DNA of 61,676 nt, filler included, from Squatina squatina (lineage: Eukaryota), in the NCBI GenBank assembly GCA_031763465.1. It is 3 parts of 3 records of this genome, joined end to end, with 100 filler letters (N's around TTAATTAATTAA, not from the genome) between each part and the next. Parts side by side here need not be neighbours in the genome. Positions count along the whole stretch, not along the records: positions 45,774 to 61,676 come from JARFOE010000016.1; 2 more parts are not named here. One strand, given 5' to 3'. Position numbers and translations under genes: made by a program. The stretch's first letter is position 1, and every line of letters starts with the position of its first letter. Shown here piece after piece: positions 50,766 through 61,676 of the stretch. A model generated the notes under the pieces. That model worked only from the letters and a program-made list of their open reading frames with translations, searched no databases and was not told the DNA's origin.

Positions 50766-50980
50766 AGGAAGATTCATTTTAATGAGGAAGAGCTGGAGTT
50801 TATTGTGACAGAAGTACTAAAACATAAAGACAAATTGTTTGGTATTACAAAAAACAAGTCTAACCTCTTGTTACAAGGGGAGACACAGCACAACATCTGA
50901 ATGTACAATTAAAGCACATAAAGGAGGGTAAGGCTAACTGAACCAGGAGGAATGACCTGAAGTTGAGGCAAAAGAAAGAT
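50766..50980 (+). mobile_element. Degenerate Myb/SANT-like coding remnant (Harbinger DNA-binding ORF type)
   Basis: RKIHFNEEELEFIVTEVLKHKDKLFG ... RRNDLKLRQKK resembles the NAIF1/MSANTD-type domain. It is interrupted by stops. Confidence 0.6.
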
Positions 50981-53695
50981 GTACCTTGTAATGAGGAAGC
51001 GAGCTGCAACTGGGGGCGAAGGAGTGAACTATACAATTTCCACATATCTATTCAGAGGAGTCAGAGCAGAGAGATACGGATCTGGTACTCCAAATCCAAC
51101 CACAATGAGATAACCAAACAACCTACATTCTCACACGATCCTTCAGCTCTGCAACTCTCAGAATTCTGAATTTGGAAAAACTCTCAGAAGCTCAAATTTA
51201 ATCACTTTTTTTATTAACCACACATGATCTTGATTCTGAGTCAACATTTCAGAATTTTTACATTTAAACATTCTGAGAATGCACTGATCTGTCCTCTCTT
51301 ACACCTGCGTTTTTTTTACATGCNNNNNNNNNNNNNNNNNNNNNNNNNNNNNNNNNNNNNNNNNNNNNNNNNNNNNNNNNNNNNNNNNNNNNNNNNNNNN
51401 NNNNNNNNNNNNNNNNNNNNNNNAAATGTTGCATGTCAGAGACTGCTTTCTCATTATAGAAAAGATTTGGAATTTATATTAACATTGAAAAAAAAGGCTT
51501 ACTGGAGAAAAGGTCAGTCATGAAAGTGATCTGCCTTTCATTGTTAATCTTTTGACAATTGACAAAAATGTAAAAATCCCAAAGATTCAACTCCAGAGCT
51601 GAAGAAATTAAGGCACGATTGAGGGAGGAGACTGTAGCAGAGTGCGGGACGTTTACAGGAACTGGAATACTGTTAAACCCAGGAGGTCCCGAGTGCTGAC
51701 TGACCATTATCAATCAAGTAATGATTGGCTTTTGAAATTTACCGCACTGTTTTTTTTAATAGGTTATGAGATGGAACAAAAAAGCTACTTAAGATCAATT
51801 TACCCTACATACCAATTTATGCAGCAGGAAGCCAAAGTTCTCATACGATCAGCTTTTTTTAAGAACAAGATATTTGTTTTAAAAAAAGCTACTTATTTGG
51901 AAAGAACTCAGTGACTCTGTATTTTCCTTCCCTTTTTATATCACCCCAATGATTTTACTGTTGTGACACGAAAGGTTCTCAGAATAAATGTAAAAAAAAC
52001 AGCTGATATTTGCTGCTCCCTTTTTCATCGCATAATTTATACGGATATTATCCATTTGAGCCTTTACATAAAAAAAATACTGGTTGTGACTTCCACCCGG
52101 GTGCATTTTAATTTTCATCTGCTCTGCGCTACAGATTCTGTGGAAAATAATAGTGTGATTGTGAAAGCAAGGATCNNNNNNNNNNNNNNNNNNNNNNNNN
52201 NNNNNNNNNGAAAAGATGCATTCTGTTATTTTTTTTAAAATGGGATTAAAATTGATGATAAAATGCCACACAATGCATTTAAACATTGTGTCTTTTAGCT
52301 TTCAGTCAGATGTAATTTAAGAAAAGATAGTGCATTGTGTATGATGTGACCTTCATCTGACAAACATGCATTGTGCAATAAACTGTCAATATTTGTAGTT
52401 ATAAGGTACAAAATGACATTTACAATAATTGGAACAGCCATATTAAAAGCTTGGATCTGCCAGCTGGCAGGAGATAAAGACGTGACCCATCTCACTGTTC
52501 ATCAGGGAAATTTATTTTTGCCAGCTAATAGATGAGAAGAAACTGCTGGCTGTTTTAGATGGCACCTTTTATTCTTCCAGAAATAAAACAAAGGAGTACT
52601 GTTACTGCTGCGACTGTCGATTGATTATGTGTAATGTGCACTGAAAAATATTACAAGCCACCAAAATGGTGCAGGTCAATTTCAAAAATAGGAGTGTGAG
52701 AAAAGATTGCATAAACACAGGTTTTTGTTAGATCTGTCTTTTTCTTTGTTTTGTAAANNNNNNNNNNNNNNNNNNNNNNNNNNNNNNNNNNNNNNNNNNN
52801 NNNNNNNNNNNNNNNNNNNNNNNNNNNNNNNNNNNNNNNNNNNNNNNNNNNNNNNNNTCATGTAAAGTATTAGAGTCAAAGTCATTAGGAGTATTCAAAG
52901 TGCAGCTGGATAAGTTAAATAATACTAATAGAGGGGGAAACGTTGGTGCTCTGAATGCTCTTTTCCTATCCTTGAGGTTTTCTTATGTTTTTTCCTTGTG
53001 TTGTTTGGAGAGATCCCCGTGATTCTGAGTCACTTTGTTTTATTGCACCTACCTACTGTGGGTAATTTTCTCGATGATCCTACTTCCGTGTCAGATCATT
53101 TCTGAAAAATACTGAACAATTCAACGTTTGCACTGACTCAAAATGTAAGCATCGGGCAGTTTCTACTACCTTTGAACTGTGGTTGTTTTTTTTTGTTGGG
53201 GAGGATCAAATGGACACTAAAATGCACAAACCAAATGTTTAAAATTTAAGTCAACACCGACACATGAGAACAGGGAAACGTTTGGGTGAGGGGGAGATCA
53301 TTTAATATTGCTTCCAATAGGATGATAATTTAGCAACTGTTGTTTTATTTTCGGCCTTTGCTCCAAACAGTATGCTGCAGTTTCCCAGTCTAGTTCTGTA
53401 TTAAGCCTGAATAATACACTGAATCAGGCATGCTGCTGATGCAGCTGTTTCAATTTTTTTCTATTATTCATTTAAATGAAATATGCCATCTGCTGCTAAA
53501 AGATGATGATGGGAGAAACTAAAGAATTTGGTGAAAAAATAAGCAAACATGTGAGTTGTCAGCATTCTGACAGCTTCCAATGTGAAACAGAAAGATGCAC
53601 TATTGACAAGACTGGCTTTATGTTGCGTTAGCAAAATCAGTGGAGAAACTTCTAACGTCTGTCGTAATGATGGTGATAATTTGTATGCATTGTAG

Positions 53696-53841
53696 ATGTA
53701 GGAGAGGAAGTGGGAAGGCCTGCAGGAATACAGCAGCCTTCTATACTGAGAGATCGAGTCCCTGGATCCGCCACGAGGGATTGCCCCTACTGTGGGAAAT
53801 CGTTCCGAACGTCCCATCATCTGAAAGTCCACCTGCGAATA
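53696..53841 (+). CDS. ZNF536: ZNF536 exon with a C2H2 finger, truncated by a gap
   Basis: gcattgtag| (D)[48 protein letters not shown]. Confidence 0.92.
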
Positions 53842-55418
53842 NNNNNNNNNNNNNNNNNNNNNNNNNNNNNNNNNNNNNNNNNNNNNNNNNNNNNNNNNNN
53901 NNNNNNNNNNNNNNNNNNNNNNNNNNNNNNNNNNNNNNNNNAATATTTTCATGGAATAGAGGGTCAGATATGAACAAACATACAAATGACAGAAAACTGG
54001 TATAAGACATGAGAGAAAAAAAAGGAAGCCAGCAGAATTAGAGTTAGATTATTAACCATGTCCAGCTCAATTGAATTTTTCCCTTGGCAATTAATATCCA
54101 ATTAATCATGTTTTCCCTCAGTAAGACTTACATACATTGATTTTTAATTTTCTAAAGCCCATTTTTAAGCCCTGTTCATCCATCGAGCTTCTCTGGGTAC
54201 TGCTCACTGCAGTATGGACACTTTTGGTTGAGTTTATGCCACAAAGTACCTGACAGTTTTCAGTAAAACTCCTCTGGGACTGGCAGATAAAGCAGTATAT
54301 TTACAGCAGGGAGAGCCAATTATACTAGTTATTCCTGTCCATGAGACAGAGTATCCCACTATGGTGAGGGACTCAATTCAGCAGCCTGGCCAAGGACTGG
54401 GAAAACTTGAGCTCAAATAATAGGTGGCACCTGGGACCTAAACTTGTGACCATCTGGTCAGGAGGCAGGTGTTGTTGTGTCCGTGCTACCAGCCCATCCA
54501 ATCTACATCCAGAGCTTCCTAAATATTGTCACGGCAGAATTTATCTCCAGATTAATAGCTTCTAGCAAATCTGGCAAAAAGGAATTAACTGAATTTAAAT
54601 TCCCAAAAAGTTAAAGAGGTAATGTTACCATATTAATTTTCTACCAAAGATTTAGTAGGAAGATGTCCATTAGTGAAATTAGCTACAGTTTCTGGCTCGC
54701 TAACAATGTGAAGTATACAGTAGGGCATGGNNNNNNNNNNNNNNNNNNNNNNNNNNNNNNNNNNNNNNNNNNNNNNNNNNNNNNNNNNNNNNNNNNNNNN
54801 NNNNNNNNNNNNNNNNNNNNNNNNNNNNNNNNNNNNNNNNNNNNNNNNNNNNNNNNNNNNNNNNNNNNNNNNNNNNNNNNNNNNNNNNNNNNNNNNNNNN
54901 NNNNNNNNNNNNNNNNNNNNNNNNNNNNNNNNNNNNNNNNNNNNNNNNNNNNNNNNNNNNNNNNNNNNNNNNNNNNNNNNNNNNNNNNNNNNNNNNNNNN
55001 NNNNNNNNNNNNNNNNNNNNNNNNNNNNNNNNNNNNNNNNNNNNNNNNNNNNNNNNNNATTAATATAAAATTATACCAAAGGAGTTTGTAGTTTATTACA
55101 TTTCTTTTGAATCAAAAAGCACACATCATAGCTTGAAGATAAAGGTTACATTGTTGCATATAAAATCAATCCATTTATCATGAGTGAGTAACTCTGGTAA
55201 TGGGCAATCTGTGTTGAAAAACATTTGATAAAGCACAGTGACTAATTTAGAAATTTTGATCTGATAGAAATAATTTACCTGATGCCTTGTAACAGCATAA
55301 CATATAGCAAAGATAACACTTAAAATAACCAGGATAAACCATAATGCTTTAAAGTTTTCCTGTAATGTAAGTCCGCACTTGGTTGTAATATTGAAATGAG
55401 GTCATCTAGTCCTATTGG

Positions 55419-55431
55419 TGACCTTTGACCT
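55419..55431 (-). promoter_or_regulatory. Perfect nuclear-receptor DR1 element
   Basis: TGACCTTTGACCT (AGGTCA-A-AGGTCA on minus), with another AGGTCA at 55399-55404. This is a motif match only. Confidence 0.4.
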
Positions 55432-57925
55432 TTGCAGAATATTTCTCACTGTACCATGTGCCATTTTGAATAATGCAGGTTTAATCATGAAAGTTCAACG
55501 GAGTACGTGGTACAAATATAATGAAATAGTTAATCAGGCATATCCATCTCTATCCCAAAATACAGATTTAAGGTTCTGAAAGCAAAAAAAAGTTTTCAAT
55601 TGTTACTTTAAAAAATTGTTTGAATTTTATATTTATTATTCAACCTTTAATAATTTTTAACTTAATTTTAAAAGTGGCTAAGAGCAGTCAGTGTATGAGG
55701 CAGATTCATTAACAAATGTCGAATAGATATGGCGTCTAAATTTAGGCGATCTTGCTCTCTCGCCATAACTGTGGTAGAGTACGAATTGCAATGCACTGGT
55801 GGGGAGAGAGCATGACCGCACCACTGTTTCCAAGGTCAGGACAGGGTTAGGTCACTTAAATAATTCAGGTATGTATCCGCACCAGTATTGACGCATCTTG
55901 GGCACCTCCTGAGCTGAGCGGGAGGGGCGAAGGCAAAATGCAGCACTGAAACGTCATGTGGAAGATAAGCCGGCAAGACCAGCTAAAAGGTATATGGGAT
56001 GATGAAGTCAGTGCTCTTTATCAGAGACCCTTTTTAAATACTGCAGAATTCTATCTTCCGGGGTGTTCCAGGTCATGACCCCAGCCTGGAGCACTCCTTT
56101 AGGCCCCACTTACACTGCTGCGCTCAACTAGATTCTAATACCTTGCCTGCATCCAGTCAGGACAGAGGAGGTGGGAACAGTAAAAATTCTGGCTTTTGAT
56201 GCTGTCCAGCTGGGCCAACCTCCTTAATATTGATCAGGCTTCATAGGAGCAATCAGAACTGTCCCACCACCAGAAGTAATTCCGTTGAGATGATCTTCAA
56301 GCTGAGAACCACCAGGTGTGTTACCAGGTCTTGTCCCCACCTATCATCCACTCTGTCTTAGCACTGAGGAGGTTTGGGCTGAACTGCAACTTCTTTGGCC
56401 CTAAAGATTCACCTCTGTTGTAGCGTACTACCTGCATAATTTCAGTGATAGAATGTTGGAATGGCTCAATCCAGGCCAGGCTCAGTTACACTGGATACCA
56501 TCCTAGTACTGCAGAATCCAGGATGGAGTTATGTGGGAGGAACCTCTGCCCATCCCTTACAAAGTCATCTCCATAGGGTATATCTTAACAAATATGATGT
56601 TATGTGCCATTCTGTGGATTTTGAGGACTTTTGTGATTAATAACTAAAATGGTTTTCTTGTTAGTGTAGTGAAGCAAATCAAAAACATAAAGTTGAAATG
56701 TGGGGACTGTAGGTTGAAGATAGACTGAATGGCCTTCTTTATCTTTGTGAACTTTTGTTCACAAGATGCTTCCATCTTTGTTTAAAGATTCAAGATACTT
56801 TAGGTGGTGCTAGTGGCATTTTTATTTTTGTTAGTGGTATTATAACTATTACTATCAATATATTCTGTGTTTCTATCTTTACACAAAGTAGTAATGTCTA
56901 CCTACACATAACTACAGGTCAAAGTAATTCATTGGATGTGAAGCATCTACATTACCTTAAGGATCCAATAAGGTGTTATATAATCTGACGTGAGTTTTGG
57001 CAAATTCTTAAAATCCATAATTCAAGATAAAATTGGAAAGCATTTGTAATGCATGAGCTAATCAAAGGCATGGATTTGTTAAAGCCAAGTTGTATTTTAA
57101 AAAAATTAAGGGCTAACAATTCGGGGGCTTTACGCCACCCATTACTGGCAAAAAATAGTGAAAAGAGGGCAGCTGCCACTCTTTTTCAGGCCTGACATTG
57201 CTGTCCTGCAGATTTAAATAAGGCAGTGGTGAAATCATTCAGTGTGCAATGCCGACTTAGCGTCACCACGGTGAACTTGGACCTTTGCACTGAGCTCAGT
57301 GTTGGGCCCTAAACCCAGGGTGCAAGCAGATTCACGGAGGTGCTGTTGGCACCTCTTAAAGGAACACATATCTTTCAGGCAGATTTGCATTTAAGCTTTT
57401 GAACAGGGCTTTTTTTATTTTACTGAAGTAGTGGCTTGCTGCAATAGATGTTAAAAGTCTTTTAAGCATGCAGGGAGTGCTGCTGGACAGTTGCAAGGCC
57501 TTAGAATTAAAGGAGGGCCTCTGAGAAGGTCAAAAATGCTGCAGATATACAGCAGGTCAGGCAGCATCCGTGGAGAGAAATACAGAGTTCATATCTCAGG
57601 AAAAGATGTGCCTGACCTGTTNNNNNNNNNNNNNNNNNNNNNNNNNNNNNNNNNNNNNNNNNNNNNNNNNNNNNNNNNNNNNNNNNNNNNNNNNNNNNNN
57701 NNNNNNNNNNNNNNNNNNNNNTTCACAAATAATGATAAATTACTGGTGCAGCACACCATTTGCTAATTATATCCATGATTTACAGCATAGTAAGTCTTAA
57801 ATCATTCTTTTTAGTATTGTATGGAATGCTATAAAGTTTTAGGTTTTAAAATGCTTTGATATGTTCAAACTCATTTATGTGTTTTTAACAATGTTTCTCT
57901 TCTTTCACAACACTAAAGAAAGTAG

Positions 57926-59065
<1,140 letters not shown>

Positions 59066-61676
59066 CAAGTGTTGACAAGGGGCTGGGGAAAAAAAAATTC
59101 TGGGGCTAAAGTCGCCTCAAGTTACTGCAGCTTACCTCTTCTGCACATGCACTGAAGCGCACATGGGAAGCAGTGGTTGATTATGGGACAACGTTAATTA
59201 GCTCGAAATCAGCTGTTCAGGCTGCCACAATAATGGAGCTGCAAAAGCTCACAAAAAGGGAATGATTCATAACTATATGCTCTGTGGATTCTCTATGCAT
59301 TTAGGATCCAAATTAAAGGATATTTTGCAATTCCCCATAGCTAGCATTCGTTGAAGGCACACACAGGATTCTGAAATTTATTTCATCATACTACTCTTGG
59401 CAACCAAGAAACTACCAAGCAATTTGTGTCCAAGATTCTNNNNNNNNNNNNNNNNNNNNNNNNGGTACAGTTCCACAAGCAGAGGGGCCTCTCCATTACC
59501 TCACCAAACAGTCAATTTCTACATGTAAGCTTTGACAGCATTGACAGACCATTGAACCACAGGCAGCAGCATCGCCAAGCCCGATCATGTCCTCATGGTC
59601 ACCCACATGCGCATTACCAGCTGGAGTTAATAGATAGTGATCAAGAACAGGAACCCAGGCCTGCCTTCTCCTTTCCAGTGCAGGTCTAGAACTTAACGAT
59701 GGGCTAAAATCATTTTAGAGACATGGCTTCAAGGAATTTCAATGTAAATTTACAAAATTGTTGTACTCTGTATATTGCTAATATGTCGACTCTTCTGTTT
59801 TCTCAAGTTTTCATAACAAATTGAAGTCATTCCCTTTCAGATCACTGATTATAGATAATCACAGCAGATATTTAGTAGCTTAAAGAGGTCTTATTAGTTT
59901 CAGAAGATTGGGATGGAGGCTTGATTATTGTAAGAGTTATCCATGGAAGCGCAATAGACATGGGGCACACCTCATTTGATAGATAAGTTAAGCATCAGCA
60001 TTATTACACTCTACTGAGAAACTCAGAAATAGTGTAGGAATTAGAACCTTTAGTTAAAGACTCTATAGCCTTTCAATAGGTCTTTAGCTGTGACTCCTGT
60101 TTTGGCAGAACAGACCCAGTACTGGTAAACGCAGTACTTAACCAGCACCAGTCCAACATTAATAGCAACCTAACAGTACAATCCACTCAAATATCTGTCA
60201 AGTCAAGAATGCAATTCTATTTGTATAATGTATAAAGTCTACTGACCTAGAAGAGGACTTGCAACAAATGGAAAATGTTTGTACAGTACATGTTATATAG
60301 GTTTTTTTTTCTAATGATTTATGTATGCACTTGAGATCAAAGCATTTTTCAGACTGAGTATCCATTTCTTAGGTGTCCCTTACCTATCGCACAACTCATA
60401 ATTTTCAGGAAGAAAGTGTTCACATTGCAAAGGTAAAGGTATTTAGTGTTTGGATCTTGCTTACATAACAACAGTCACTGCACTTCAATGTAATTCATTG
60501 CATGTGAAAAAGTTTGAGACATTTCTGAGAGATGTGATAAGGCATAATTTAAATGCAAATCTTCCTTATTTCTTTCATTCCTTATTATACTTTTATCATA
60601 TACATGCATGCTTTGACTGCAATTTTATGCACAAATTTAATTAAATCTCAATAATTAGCTGATATGCATCCTAAATTTTGGGCAGTAGAGTTCAGTTGAG
60701 GTTATCTTAACTGACTAATGCAGTGATGATGATCTTATGCAGTTGACCACAAGGAAAGGAGGTGGCGTGATCCAAACAACCAATTGTCCTATAAGCAAAT
60801 CGCAGAAATGGTTTCTTCTTTCTCTTGGAAAGCATATTGAATAGTAATAATGAGCTTGACATGTACTGCTCTGCCAAACTCAAAATAGGCAGAATGATTG
60901 ATGAACTTAATCCTTGTTCTTGTCTTTCAGCTGTCCAGCCAATTCTAAGTTTGTAAAGTCAGTTCCACATACACATTCATTGTTGCTCACAAGAGTTACC
61001 CTGCAAGATCCAAGAGAGAATCTATATAATGTGCCCAGCAGCTCTTTAGTGCTATTTAAATTTGTACCGATTATACCAAAAACTGCTTTTATTTTTTAGA
61101 AAGTCAGCAAGTCTAGCGATATTTATTTTACTATAGTTGCCATCTACAATTGAAAGTGTTACTAGTGTCACTGATAGTTTAGAAGTTATGGCACTGAGGC
61201 AGTCGGAAGTTTGAGTCACCAGTTTTGCTGTCACACTAACCTATCAGTCATATGAATGATGATTTTTCTTGTTATCAGGTCATTGTATGAGTATATGCCT
61301 CGTGATAATAGAGCATTGTGGCTGGGGAGGAGAAAAAACCCTCTCTGTTTCACTGTGCACTGCCGGTGACCAAGATGGCTAGGTTTGCCAATTTTTGCCA
61401 AACTCAAGACCAGATGGAGTGGCATCATGTCTTGAGTTCTGAAATTCACTTTGCTGCTGACTGGAAAGCTTATTAGCCTTAATAATTCATGTTTCCCTAC
61501 CATGAGACGCTGACATAAGTAGAAAAAAATGGCCTTTGACTTTAAAACAAAATCTTTTGGACTCTGCTATATATCTGAGACATTCACATTCAACTTGATC
61601 AAATACTGGGCTGGCTAATTCAAAAGCAGACAAATGGAAACTCTAAAGATAGTCATGCACTGGAAGTAGCTGAAGG

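Overview
This is vertebrate genomic DNA, most likely from a cartilaginous fish; I infer that from the shark-type CR1 tails, other repeats and protein similarity. The assembly is highly fragmented: mostly 0.5-3 kb contigs joined by N runs, usually 100 N. Two identical artificial linkers (44N-TTAATTAATTAA-44N, at 25731-25830 and 45674-45773) split the window into three unrelated blocks. Block 1 holds an unrecognised long coiled-coil gene, a 23-bp minisatellite, and exons of KBTBD3, ELMOD1, ALKBH8 and CWF19L2. Block 2 holds exons of DAPK1, two FBPase paralogues (probably FBP2 and FBP1) and AOPEP. Block 3 holds ZNF536 exons and candidate conserved non-coding sequence. Only scattered exons of each gene are present. 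Repeats include CR1 and L2 LINE pieces, PIF/Harbinger remnants, a MITE, SINE-like remnants and a Penelope-type repeat with decayed hammerhead cores. I see no convincing new biological system. The best leads are the orphan coiled-coil gene and unusual changes in the catalytic loop of both FBPase paralogues. Gene names come from my recall of vertebrate protein sequences, not from a database search.
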